From Spirochaetota bacterium (lineage in GTDB: Bacteria; Spirochaetota; UBA4802; UBA5550), in NCBI GenBank assembly GCA_003246895.1, contig QKCL01000048.1, forward strand, positions 55,019 to 119,018: DNA of 64,000 bases, written 5' to 3'. A model generated the notes under the pieces. The model had not been told where the DNA came from and made no database searches. It saw only the letters and a list, made by a program, of their open reading frames with translations. Numbering within the stretch: the first letter of the stretch is position 1; every line of letters starts with the position of its first letter. Position numbers and translations under genes: made by a program. Below, piece after piece: positions 38,133-48,251 of this stretch.

Positions 38133-38594
38133 ATGGATAAAAAATTTGTAATTCTTGTAGCTCTGCATTTTAGTGAGAACCCTGAAGAGGTATTGAGGAG
38201 GTCTCTGTCTGTTGCCAAAAAATATGACGCAAAAATATATACAATTCATGTTATAGAGGACATGCCGAGACAGACTCTTTATTACGATGCCTACAGAATC
38301 TGGGAAGAGTTCAGGGACAAGGCAGTAAAGGAGACCCTTGAACACATGAACAAGTACCTTCTGAAACTTGGGGAAGATTTTGATGATATTGAAGCGATTA
38401 TTGAGGTTGGTAACCCCACTGACAAGATTCTGCAGAAAGCGGAAGAACTGGGCGCTGACCTGATTATAGTGGGCCACCATGTACGAAAAGGTATAATAAA
38501 ACAGATGATTACTACGAGTGTAAGTGAAAAGGTTGTGAGGTACTCAACAAGGCCGGTTCTTACATTCTACGTTGAGAGTGAGGAGATTCTCTGA
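38133..38594 (+). CDS. Universal stress protein
   Basis: ILVAL, GNPTDKIL, ADLIIVGHH and SVSEKVVRYSTRPVL. Confidence 0.9.
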   Translation: MDKKFVILVALHFSENPEEVLRRSLSVAKKYDAKIYTIHVIEDMPRQTLYYDAYRIWEEFRDKAVKETLEHMNKYLLKLGEDFDDIEAIIEVGNPTDKILQKAEELGADLIIVGHHVRKGIIKQMITTSVSEKVVRYSTRPVLTFYVESEEIL

Positions 38595-38692
38595 TTCAGG
38601 CGGCGGGGAGTGTTTTCCCTGCCGGATGTTTTTTCTGATTGTATACCCTGTTTTCCTTCTTCAGTGGATTTAGAGGAAAAGGAGAGTGTCCG

Positions 38693-39403
38693 TCAGTTTT
38701 CGTAAAGTTTTTGAATTTCATTCTCCGACAGGGCTCTTCCGAATATTGCCAGTTCATCCAGAATTCCGAAAAAGTAATTGTTTGTTCCGGTAAGTGTTCC
38801 AATAAAACACCGGTAAATTCCGGAAAATGAATATGATTTAACAGTGAATTCACTTCGTACTGTGCCGTTGATATATGTTTTTACAGAATTTCCGTTGTAG
38901 ACCCAGGCAAGGTGAAACCATGTTCCGGAAGCCAGAGTTTCAGCAGGGAAAATGTATTGCAGCATATAAGTTTCATCAAAGAGGTACATGTATGGTTGTG
39001 AGGAGCTATTGATAAGAACGACAACGAATTCAGAAAAGATATTATCATAGAAAGACTGGAATATATACCTCGGGACAGAAACATCGGAATAATTCATCCA
39101 GACAGAAACCGTGAAATCTGTGCTGCTTAGACTGAAACTTTTTTCAACGGGAATTTCAATGTAGGATGAACCTCCGTTAAAAAACATTCCTTTGCCTGCA
39201 TTGCCCAGATGGTCATTATCCGGAGTAGCCCCGTAGTTGTTTCCATCGTGGCCGTTGCCGCTCATATCACGCGCGTCACCGTTAAGGGGGTAATAGGCAA
39301 TGATTGAGTCATCTTTTGCAAGGCCTCCAAGTTCTTCATCCTCGCCCAGGAGGCATGAAGCAAGGAAAAGACATATAATAGAAACAGATACTATTCTTTT
39401 CAT
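38693..39403 (-). CDS. LamG-domain lipoprotein
   Basis: Lipobox LASC; AYYPLNGDARD, WFHLAWVY and FFGILDELAIFGRALS. Confidence 0.85.
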   Translation of the reverse strand: MKRIVSVSIICLFLASCLLGEDEELGGLAKDDSIIAYYPLNGDARDMSGNGHDGNNYGATPDNDHLGNAGKGMFFNGGSSYIEIPVEKSFSLSSTDFTVSVWMNYSDVSVPRYIFQSFYDNIFSEFVVVLINSSSQPYMYLFDETYMLQYIFPAETLASGTWFHLAWVYNGNSVKTYINGTVRSEFTVKSYSFSGIYRCFIGTLTGTNNYFFGILDELAIFGRALSENEIQKLYEN

Positions 39404-39561
39404 TGGGGCTCCGGTAATCCTGCGATAGTCTGGCTGCTGCATGTATATTCAATATAATCAAAAAATAGTTTTGTACATAAAAAAATATAGTTTTATACAA
39501 AAAGAAAGAATCGTTGTGGTTTCATGCTGTGCATGGGGCCTGGTGCAAAAGACCCCGGTTT

Positions 39562-40176
39562 CTATCTGGTGGTATATGTTGATATTATTACTTCATATAT
39601 TTTCTGCAGAGACTGGTCAGAAGGTGATTTTATACCGGAATTTTTGAGCACATCTGATCTGTTTCTTTCGAACCAGTTGAAGAGTCTCTGTCCTGCGTCC
39701 TTTGCATCATCTGCGGCATGACAGAGTTTTACAACACGTTTCATCTCGTCCCTTGCAAAGAAATTTCTGTAATTGCCCATTATAAGAATGAAGTGTTTTC
39801 CCTCATCTCCTTCTTCCACAGAAACCCGTTCCATCATTTCCTCTTTCGCTTCCTTCCATTCATTCATCTTCTTCTGAAACTGGCTTTCCCTCCTTTCCCG
39901 GTCAGCAGGGTTTGATACTATTTTTTTATTATGTATCAGTACTCCGGCCTGCTGTATGAGAAATCCTATTTCATTTTCATCAAGTTCAGTTAGAAGAGAG
40001 TTCAGTTCTTTTATTGCAGCTTTCAATGCAGGTGACAGCACAGTTTTTTTTGAAGGAGAAGTCTTCGGAACCGCCGGAATTTTTTTCTCAGACACTCCGG
40101 ATTTCTTTTTAGCTTCAGATGATTTTGATGGGGTTGCCTTTTTTGCAGTTTTTTTTGAGGTAGTCTTTTTTGCCAT
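39562..40176 (-). CDS. Hypothetical protein with a Lys/Ser/Ala-rich N-terminus
   Basis: MAKKTTSKKTAKKATP... start after AAGGCGGTG; helical C-terminal domain. Confidence 0.75.
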   Translation of the reverse strand: MAKKTTSKKTAKKATPSKSSEAKKKSGVSEKKIPAVPKTSPSKKTVLSPALKAAIKELNSLLTELDENEIGFLIQQAGVLIHNKKIVSNPADRERRESQFQKKMNEWKEAKEEMMERVSVEEGDEGKHFILIMGNYRNFFARDEMKRVVKLCHAADDAKDAGQRLFNWFERNRSDVLKNSGIKSPSDQSLQKIYEVIISTYTTR

Positions 40177-40397
40177 GTTCACCGCCTTATGTTTCCTGAT
40201 ATTTAAAGATAAAGCCGAGTCTGGAAGAATTGTTGAAGTAAACCTCTGTTTCCTGCCACGGTCAAGCCGTTTTTACGGCTGCAGAAAGCTTCAAAAAGTT
40301 AATTATTCATAAGAGGGGAAGCTGTCTCTAAAAATCACTTGACGCATGATTGTGGCCTAAAAGAATCAACAGTATATATATTTGAAGCAGGTATCTG

Positions 40398-41234
40398 ATG
40401 ATTAGACATACATTGATGGTTAACTGTCCCGACAGAAAGGGGCTTATATTTGATATTACACGCATATTGCTCTCCCATGAACTTAACATAATTGAAAACG
40501 ACCAGTTCGTGGATACAGACTCAAACAAGTTTTTCATGCGCACCGAGTTTACGGGTTCCTTTGATTCCGGCAGGCTATATTCGGATCTCGAAGAATCTCT
40601 CGGCAGAGAGGCATCTCTCAAACTTCTGGGAAGCAGAAAGAAGAATATTGTAATTCTTGCCACAAAGGAGCATCACTGCCTCGGTGATATTCTCATACGG
40701 CATTTTTTCAATGACATAAATGCAAATATACAGGCAGTAATAAGCAACCATGAGGTTCTTCGTGAGCTCACGGAAAAGATGGATATACCGTATCATTTTG
40801 TGTCCCATGAGAATCTCTCAAGAGAGGACCATGAGCAGAAGGTTATGACCATACTGAACCAGTATAATCCGGAATATATAGTTCTGGCAAAGTATATGAG
40901 GATTCTGTCTCCTTCATTTACCGGACTTTATCCCGGAAGAATCGTAAATATACACCATTCATTTCTCCCTGCATTTATCGGAGCAAATCCCTATAAACAG
41001 GCTTATGCCAGGGGAGTTAAAATGATTGGTGCAACAGCCCATTTTGTTAACCACAACCTCGATGAAGGGCCGATTATTGAACAGAATATAGTCCATATAA
41101 CCCATAAGGAGAGCGCAGAGGATCTTGCAAAGGCGGGACGTGATGTTGAAAAGATAGTTCTTTCCAAGGCCCTGCAGCTTGTTCTGGAAGACAGGGTTTT
41201 CCTTTCCGGAAACAGAACTGTTGTTTTCAGGTAG
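40398..41234 (+). CDS. purU: Formyltetrahydrofolate deformylase
   Basis: CPDRKGLI, LAKYMRILS, NIHHSFLPAFIGANPY and LDEGPIIEQ. Confidence 0.96.
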   Translation: MIRHTLMVNCPDRKGLIFDITRILLSHELNIIENDQFVDTDSNKFFMRTEFTGSFDSGRLYSDLEESLGREASLKLLGSRKKNIVILATKEHHCLGDILIRHFFNDINANIQAVISNHEVLRELTEKMDIPYHFVSHENLSREDHEQKVMTILNQYNPEYIVLAKYMRILSPSFTGLYPGRIVNIHHSFLPAFIGANPYKQAYARGVKMIGATAHFVNHNLDEGPIIEQNIVHITHKESAEDLAKAGRDVEKIVLSKALQLVLEDRVFLSGNRTVVFR

Positions 41235-41381
41235 GAGAAATAACTTTTTTTACATCAGAGGGCTTCATACTGTTATCCGGATGAAACCTTCCGGTCTGCC
41301 GGCTTTATCCGGAACTTCTACCTGGCTCTTTCCAGTTCGGATGCTTTATAATCATCAAAAAACAGAGAATTTCCCTTCCAT

Positions 41382-41651
41382 TCAGGCATTATTAACTGCT
41401 ATATGAAGGCCGCCGGGTTCCGCTGCGGTTTTTTCCATGGCATCACTTACAGATTTTTTATGGCCTGCGTCTGAATTGATGGTTACGGATTTGACTCCCA
41501 TGCCTTTGGTTTCAGCAGCAGCCCCGTCGTTCTCCTCGGTATTTATGTCCAACAGGGAGACATTTGTTACGGCCTGCGCAAAGAGCCTTTCAGGGAGGCA
41601 GCGCCGGTTGTTATTGTTTTTTAAATCATAACTGTTCATAAAATTCTCCAA
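41382..41651 (-). pseudogene. Truncated short-chain dehydrogenase (SDR) remnant
   Basis: VSLLDIN...GGLHIAVNNA* resembles the SDR N-terminal half, but the TGxxxGIG motif is lost and a stop replaces the G of NNAG. Confidence 0.6.
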
Positions 41652-42122
41652 TATGAATTATAATCGTTTGTCGCAGTAAAATTTTTGAAAATATCAATTA
41701 TCTGTTCTTGTTATTTTAATTGTTTTTGGATATTCCGGCTGTAAGCGGCAGGTGGTTATTGTATCGCATGCGGTCTGTTAGTGTTACGATAATGTTAATT
41801 ATAAAATTATGCATGTTTTGGTGCTTGACTGATAAAAGCTGAAAAATAGGCTTTAAAAAGATTTTTTGAAAGAGTTTCGCATAACAGCTGTAATTTTTTT
41901 ATAATTACACTGGACAATATCGTATCTTGAATCAATAATGGTATCGATTAGAAATAGGGTTCTGTTTTGTTGAAACAGGTCCATGTAAGAGACAGATGAC
42001 TTTTGACTTAGCCGAGAAAGAGATTCCTGCATTCTGGGGATGTGAAAGGGTCTGCGGCCAGGTTGAAGAAGATTATATATAAGGCCCTGCAGGAGCTATC
42101 ATGTTTTTTTAGTGTGAACCTT

Positions 42123-42167
42123 CTATGCGTGCCATATATAATTATATATGGCACGCATAGCTTTTTT
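42123..42167 (+). terminator. Perfect 38-bp palindrome with a T-tract on the + strand
   Basis: CTATGCGTGCCATATATAATTATATATGGCACGCATAG followed by CTTTTTTT. Confidence 0.8.
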
Positions 42168-42178
42168 TATCAACCCAT

Positions 42179-43456
42179 CTACATTATCCATTTCCACCAT
42201 ATAAACAGCAGAAGAAATCCGAACAGGTAGGCAAGTCCGGCATAGCTCAGGATCTTCATTGGAAGACCCGGCTTAAGTTCAGCGGGGAGTTCAGCCTTCT
42301 TAACCAGCTTGTGGTTCAGCCATGCAAAGACAGGGGTGGTCATAAAGGCCATAGTCATTGCAAATCCGAGCATGGGGAGCATCGCCTTTTTGAAGAAGAT
42401 AAGGATTGCAAGGCTTACCACTGCGACGAATATTACCCACCTTGTAAATACCTTCTCGGAATATGTAGTATGGTTTTTCAGAAGCTGGAGGCCTTCAGCC
42501 AGAGCCCTTGAGTAACCGTCCACAACAGTAATTGTTGACCCGAATATGCAGAAAAATGCTATGAGTGCGATGAGATATCTTGACCATTCTCCGATGGTTG
42601 TGGCATATACATTTACAAGCTGATGGGAAAACCCGATTCCGCCCTTTGCAAGTGCCTGACCGTTGCCGTGTATAACGAGAGCTCCTAGAGCGAGGAAAAC
42701 CAGAGCCAGAAATGCAGTTGTGATGTATCCAAGGTTAAAGTCAAATAAGGCGCTTTTCGGTGTTACCTTCTGCTCTCCGCACTGTTTGCACAGCCATAGT
42801 GAAGTTATGCATGAGATTTCAATGGGAGCCGGCATCCATCCCATGGTGACAACGAGGAATCCGATTGATGCGATCTGCCATGGAGAGGGTGAGATAAACT
42901 CCTTTGGAGCAACCGGGCCGTTGTGCAGGGCTATGGCTGCTGCGGAAACAGTTGCAACTGCCAGTACCACCATTATAAATTTGGATACTCTGTTCAGCAT
43001 GGCAAAATGTCCGGCAAGTACAATTAGAAGTGATGCTGCAAGTACAATTGCGCAAAGTACCGGCATGGGGAGTTTCCATGGAATGAAATATCCCAGAAGA
43101 CTTGCTGAAAAGAGTGTCAGTGCGGCAGTATTAATTACAGCCGAAAAAATGTTCAGACCGAATGCGAGAACCATGTATCCTTTCCCCATCCTGGCATATC
43201 CTCCCTGAAGGGTTCTGCCGGTTGCCATTGTGTATGTTACGCCTGCGCGGAAAAATGGATATTTGAATATATTTACAAGCAGAATCAGCAGTGCGAGAGA
43301 CCACCCGTATATGGCCCCGGCCTGTGTTGATGCCACGAGGTGACTTCCTCCTATGGCGGCTGTGGCCATGAGTATTCCCGGCCCCAGAGTCTTTGCAACG
43401 CGTATTATGTATCCCAACATCGTCGTCGGGAAGAAGAGACTGATTACCTTTTCCAA
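42179..43456 (-). CDS. NRAMP-family divalent metal transporter
   Basis: LGPGILMATAAIGGSHLVASTQAGA, GWMPAP and VDGYSR; TTG start after GGGAG (alternative ATG 43420). Confidence 0.85.
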   Translation of the reverse strand: MEKVISLFFPTTMLGYIIRVAKTLGPGILMATAAIGGSHLVASTQAGAIYGWSLALLILLVNIFKYPFFRAGVTYTMATGRTLQGGYARMGKGYMVLAFGLNIFSAVINTAALTLFSASLLGYFIPWKLPMPVLCAIVLAASLLIVLAGHFAMLNRVSKFIMVVLAVATVSAAAIALHNGPVAPKEFISPSPWQIASIGFLVVTMGWMPAPIEISCITSLWLCKQCGEQKVTPKSALFDFNLGYITTAFLALVFLALGALVIHGNGQALAKGGIGFSHQLVNVYATTIGEWSRYLIALIAFFCIFGSTITVVDGYSRALAEGLQLLKNHTTYSEKVFTRWVIFVAVVSLAILIFFKKAMLPMLGFAMTMAFMTTPVFAWLNHKLVKKAELPAELKPGLPMKILSYAGLAYLFGFLLLFIWWKWIM

Positions 43457-43900
43457 AATTATATCTCCCGATAATTATAGATTTTCAAGGCCTGTGCATG
43501 GAGTACTGCTTCTGCATCCAGATAGGGTCTTTGTATTTTAGACTTTTCCTTTAAATTTTGATGTCAAATAGTTATTTCAGGGGCGGAAAAAATAAGTGTA
43601 AAATTTTAATTATTACTGTTGGTTTCTATGGGGGGAGAAATCCGTCTGCCATTTCAGACAAACGGATTGTGTCTTTTCGTGGCCTTGAATTTAAGGCCCT
43701 GTGCTGTAATTTCTTCAATATGTAAATACAGCGTAGCAGTAAAGCTGTTGTACTGCAAAAACATGCTGGTTCATTACCGGGCGTGTCGGCTTTCAGGATC
43801 ATGGAGATACTATTGCTGAACTATGTTCCATAATGATTTTAAGTTGCTTGATTATTCGGATGCATTTTCATATTTTGTATAAAAAACTACAGGGGTTGCA

Positions 43901-44962
43901 ATGGATTTATCATATCTTGATCAGGTTATACTCGGGAATTCCATGAAGGCATATGGAACAGTCCTCATCGCCTTTTTCTCTACTCTCATTGTTGTTTCTG
44001 TTATTAAGAAGATTCTCTTCGGCCGTCTCAAAAAACTCGCAGAGATGACAGAGACCAGGCTGGATGACTTTATTGTTGAGCATCTTGAAAAATTTGTAAT
44101 ACCGGTTATATACATAACCACAGCTTATCATCTTGTTACATCCACTCTTACAATAAACAGCGGGCTGGCAAAGTTTATATATGCTCTTTTCCTTGCGTTC
44201 ATAATTATTTACACTGTTAAATTCATGATCTCCATCATAAAATTTGCACTTACACAGTACTGGGTAATAAAGCAGGGCAAGGAAGAGGAAGAGGCTGAAA
44301 CAAATGTCAGGGGGATTTCAACATTCATCTCCATCATAATATGGACTATAGCATTCATATTTTTCATAGATAATCTGGGGTTCAAGATTTCAGGTATCAT
44401 GGCAGGTATCGGAATAGGAGGTGTCACCCTGGCTCTGGCTTCACAGGCAATTCTCGGCGACTTGTTCAGCTATTTTGTCATATTCTTTGACAGGCCCTTT
44501 GAAATTGGCGACTTCATAAAGGTCGATGACAAACTCGGCGTCATAGAAAGGATAGGCATAAAGACCACAAGGGTCAAGAGCCTGAGCGGAGAGCAGCTTG
44601 TATTTTCGAACACGGACCTCACAAGATCCAGGGTGCATAACTACAAGAAAATGCTGCAGCGGAGGATAATGTTTCAGTTCGGAGTAGTGTACCAGACAAC
44701 CTATGAGCATCTTGAAACGATCCCGTCCATGGTGAAAGAGATCGTAGAGTCCACTGAGAATACACTCTTTGACAGGGCGCATTTCTTTACATATGGAAAT
44801 TCGAGTCTGGATTTTGAAGTCGTATATTTCGTATACGGGCATGAATACAACACCTATATGGATGTACAGCAGGAGATTAATTTAAAGATATTCAAAAAAT
44901 TCAGGGACCAGGGGATCGATTTCGCATACCCCACCAGAACTGTTTTTATAGAGAAAGGATAA
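43901..44962 (+). CDS. MscS-family mechanosensitive channel
   Basis: DRPFEIGDFI, IGIKTTR and IDFAYPTRT. Confidence 0.92.
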   Translation: MDLSYLDQVILGNSMKAYGTVLIAFFSTLIVVSVIKKILFGRLKKLAEMTETRLDDFIVEHLEKFVIPVIYITTAYHLVTSTLTINSGLAKFIYALFLAFIIIYTVKFMISIIKFALTQYWVIKQGKEEEEAETNVRGISTFISIIIWTIAFIFFIDNLGFKISGIMAGIGIGGVTLALASQAILGDLFSYFVIFFDRPFEIGDFIKVDDKLGVIERIGIKTTRVKSLSGEQLVFSNTDLTRSRVHNYKKMLQRRIMFQFGVVYQTTYEHLETIPSMVKEIVESTENTLFDRAHFFTYGNSSLDFEVVYFVYGHEYNTYMDVQQEINLKIFKKFRDQGIDFAYPTRTVFIEKG

Positions 44963-44991
44963 CTGTTACCATAAATTAAAGGATGGATTTT

Positions 44992-45648
44992 GTGAAAAAG
45001 TTGAGGTTTTTGCTTCTTGTGATGCTGCCGGTATTTTTTACTGCCGCAGGTTTTGCCGGCACCACTGATCATGGAGAGATAGCCGGTCTTTCCACTGACG
45101 GGAGGTATGCCGAGATCATGGTGTCCGGTATTGAGGACGGCAGCGGCTTCTATTATATTAAACTGCAGGTTCTTGATATTCAGAAAAACCGTTTTGTTGG
45201 TAAAAAGATTTCCATGAAGCAGGACGATTCAGGAACTCCTGAATCTGTAAAAAGGAAGGCCCAGTCTCAGTCTGAAAGGAATCGCAGAAAATACGGTATC
45301 AGGAAGTCTCTGAAACCGGTTAAAGTCAGAGTCACGGGTAATGACGTTGAAAAGACATTTGTCATTAATGGCAGAAAACATGTTGTAAAGATTGACGAAA
45401 ATGAAAGCGGTACTAAATGCAATTCCATGGCAGGGATGATTCAGGCAAAGGGGTTCAGGCTCTCCCTTGACGGCAGGGTCATCGACGGAGTGAGTTCACC
45501 GTCTGGATCAATTGGATGCGCCTTTGCCTATAAAATTGAATCTGTTTATAATTATATGGGTCATGTTATAATCTTATACAGTGCCCAGACTCCCGGTTTC
45601 GAGGGGCCTGACACAACAGCACTCTTTTCATCTGCACCACTGAAATAG
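44992..45648 (+). CDS. Secreted DUF2259-like protein
   Basis: Signal peptide; GLSTDGRY...GIEDGSGFYY and C-terminal PGFEGPD. Confidence 0.7.
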   Translation: MKKLRFLLLVMLPVFFTAAGFAGTTDHGEIAGLSTDGRYAEIMVSGIEDGSGFYYIKLQVLDIQKNRFVGKKISMKQDDSGTPESVKRKAQSQSERNRRKYGIRKSLKPVKVRVTGNDVEKTFVINGRKHVVKIDENESGTKCNSMAGMIQAKGFRLSLDGRVIDGVSSPSGSIGCAFAYKIESVYNYMGHVIILYSAQTPGFEGPDTTALFSSAPLK

Positions 45649-45836
45649 AATTTGCCAGGCACCTGAGAATTACTGTCTCATATGGGGGAATAAATTCTGT
45701 ATAAAGATTCAGAAAAGTTATGGAAAAAAGGTCCGATCCGGCAGGCCCGGACGACAGTTCTGACTGGACAGGTTATAGTGACATCCGGAATGGGAACATT
45801 CCGGTTTTTATATTTTTATATTTAAGGAGAAAGAAA

Positions 45837-46133
45837 GTGAAAAAGAAACTTTCATGTCTTGCTGCAGTCCTCTCAGCTGTTTCATTGCTGTCATTTGCGG
45901 CCTTTGCCCAGGAAGGCAAGGGTGGTCCCGAAGGCCATGGCGGACCCCGTGGAAAATCTCCATTAAAACAGATGGATAAGGATGGAGACGGACGTGTTTC
46001 CAAAGAGGAATGGAGTGATTTCCAGAACAAGATGTTTACAAATATGGATAAGAACAAAGACGGCTACATCACTGAAGATGAATTTAAACGGGGCGGGCCC
46101 GGCGGTCACGGCGGACCAGGAGGGGGAAAATAA
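45837..46133 (+). CDS. Secreted EF-hand protein
   Basis: GTG after AAGGAG; signal peptide; two EF loops DKDGDGRVSKEE and DKNKDGYITEDE. Confidence 0.88.
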   Translation: MKKKLSCLAAVLSAVSLLSFAAFAQEGKGGPEGHGGPRGKSPLKQMDKDGDGRVSKEEWSDFQNKMFTNMDKNKDGYITEDEFKRGGPGGHGGPGGGK

Positions 46134-46181
46134 ACAACATATTGTATTTACCATATGTCTTTTCCCGATAGCTGCTTGTTA

Positions 46182-46216
46182 AATACAGGTTCTGCTGAAT
46201 ATACAGAACCTGTATT
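46182..46216. terminator. Hairpin between convergent genes
   Basis: AATACAGGTTCTG...CAGAACCTGTATT 13-bp stem. Confidence 0.6.
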
Positions 46217-46263
46217 CCAGATTTATAGGGAATTAAATTCCAGTTTAAGTATTGCGGCCGGAG

Positions 46264-46611
46264 TTAGAATGTAATAATTCTGTATCCCTCATTTTCATAA
46301 TGTGCCATTGAGGGATGCCCTCTGATGTGGTCAAGGAACGGAAGACCTTCTTTTTCTGCGGCCGCAGTTGTACCGAGTTTTGCGGCACAGGCACGGCATA
46401 CACCCTCTATGAGGCCTTTCTCCTTTACTTCAGTGTATAGCTGATTCAGGGGATTTCCCTTCTCTGCAAGGGATTCAATGAGTCTGCATGAACCTCCTTC
46501 AAAAATAATCTTTACATCATAGCCTTTGCCGCTGTAGTCTAATGCATTGAGGAGAACATGTATGAAGCACATGGGGTCTTCGTTGAATGCAAAGAGCGCG
46601 ATTTTTTTCAT
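46264..46611 (-). CDS. DsrE-like protein
   Basis: MKKIALFAFN, CFIHVLLNALD, VCRACA and GHPSM. Confidence 0.82.
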   Translation of the reverse strand: MKKIALFAFNEDPMCFIHVLLNALDYSGKGYDVKIIFEGGSCRLIESLAEKGNPLNQLYTEVKEKGLIEGVCRACAAKLGTTAAAEKEGLPFLDHIRGHPSMAHYENEGYRIITF

Positions 46612-46721
46612 GGATCTCACCGCCTTTTTATGGGTATAATATAATAAATAAAACAACGTTGAACTGAAAAGTCAATGCTGATACATAATGCATGTGGTGC
46701 TTGTATTTATGAAGGGAACTT

Positions 46722-47481
46722 CTATCTTTTCCCCTTTATTTTCTTTGATAAATCCCTTGCCCTTTTAAGATACTCCCTTGCGTCGTATTTATTCCTGTGA
46801 TCATCGTTCACCTGAATGGTAGTATTCTCGCGGTGAATCATGAGTTTTTTAATCATGTTCCTGAATGATGAAATGCCCAGTTTTAAAAAGTCTGCAGCTG
46901 CGCCTGCCCGGGATTTTTCCAGTGGCGTTGATTCTATGCCAACTTCTGTTTCTTTGAGTGACACTGGAGCCTCTGCCGGTACAGGAGAGGGTCTGTCTTC
47001 TTTTCTTTTTTCCTGTGCATCATTATACATGTACTCTGCAATTATTCTGTCCCATTCAAAGATTTTGCGAGTGGATCTGTTTTTTATTATTTTGCTGATT
47101 CCGGCACTTAGGCTGTCATGGTTTATATTTTCAAGAATGTCTGGAATTATCGTGTCGCCCGCATACTGGTCAGTGACAGATCCGTCCTGGAGAAGTGCGG
47201 GATATCTGCGCGTCAGAGTCGGGAATCTGTCAAGGTCATCTTCGTTCTCCCACCTGTGCGGATCCGTGAGGCCCCTGCCGTTTATCCATGATACGGTTCC
47301 GTAGTCGTTTGATGAAAAGTATATGCTGATGATGCACCCGTTTTTTGTTCAGTACTATCTTCATCAGTCTTTCGATGAAGTCTCTCCGCAGGTATGAGAC
47401 AAATACTATTGTCCTTGTACTGTTCTCACTGTTGAGGGTATCACTTTCAAAATGGAGTGTGCCGAAGTTACCTGACCTCAT
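46722..47481 (-). pseudogene. Hypothetical gene split by a single frameshift in an A6 run
   Basis: The ORF from 47481 and an open frame 47348-46722 join into about 252 aa if one A is removed at 47341-47346. Confidence 0.65.
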
Positions 47482-47729
47482 GATTGAAGATCCTTCCTGT
47501 TCAGAATTTGTCCTGCCCCGCAGGGAAAGCCCCGACTGAATTATGATACATATACCTTATGCCGGAATAAGTAAACCAGTTTTTTAAACCTTCTGGGAGA
47601 CAGAATGTATGAGCTCACGCCTGTTCATGGCGGGATGCATTCAGTGAATATTAAAAAATGCTTTGAAATTCAGCGGGCCGGGTTTTTTATGGCTCCAGTA
47701 TAATTTTCATTGTAAAGAAGTGACTGAAG

Positions 47730-48218
47730 TTGATAGAAGAATACGTGCGTATCATTGACCGGGTACATAAAAAGAGAAGGGATATACAGAAAAAACTGAA
47801 GGACCTGAAGAAACAGAGACGTCTGAATCTTGATGAACTTTTTTCCATGGAGCACGACAGGGCCTTTGAGGAGATAGACTGCCTGAAATGCGCCAACTGC
47901 TGTTCGTCCCTGGGGCCCGGAATATCAGACAGGGATATAGATAGACTCGCCAGGGCGGCGAGGATGAAGCCGGGTGATGTCATGAAAACCTGGATGAAGC
48001 TGGATGAAGATGGGGACTGTATTTTCAAAGAGATGCCCTGTCCTTTTCTTGACAGCGGAAACCTCTGTATCTACTATGATGCAAGGCCGGAAGCATGCCG
48101 CCGCTACCCCTATACAAACAGGCGCAATGTAAAGGGCTATACCGGTACGCTTCTGAAGGATATGGCCGTATGCCCTGTGGTGGCTCTGGTCATGGAGAGG
48201 GTTGCAGGAGAGCAGTGA
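47730..48218 (+). CDS. YkgJ-family cysteine-cluster protein
   Basis: CLKCANCC, PCPFL and CIYYDARPEACRRYP. Confidence 0.9.
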   Translation: MIEEYVRIIDRVHKKRRDIQKKLKDLKKQRRLNLDELFSMEHDRAFEEIDCLKCANCCSSLGPGISDRDIDRLARAARMKPGDVMKTWMKLDEDGDCIFKEMPCPFLDSGNLCIYYDARPEACRRYPYTNRRNVKGYTGTLLKDMAVCPVVALVMERVAGEQ

Positions 48219-48251
48219 TTCTCCTTATTGCCGTGAAAAGGAAGTAATATT

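Noticed and set aside
41954-42030. TAGGGTTC start suggested a ykkC/guanidine-I riboswitch
   Set aside because: Lacks CTGGTCC-GAG and the 3' ACACGG..GGATAAAAGCC element, and there is no downstream + strand gene
47236-47238. TGA as a possible selenocysteine/readthrough codon joining the two ORFs
   Set aside because: The downstream ORF is in a different frame; a frameshift at 47341-47346 explains it
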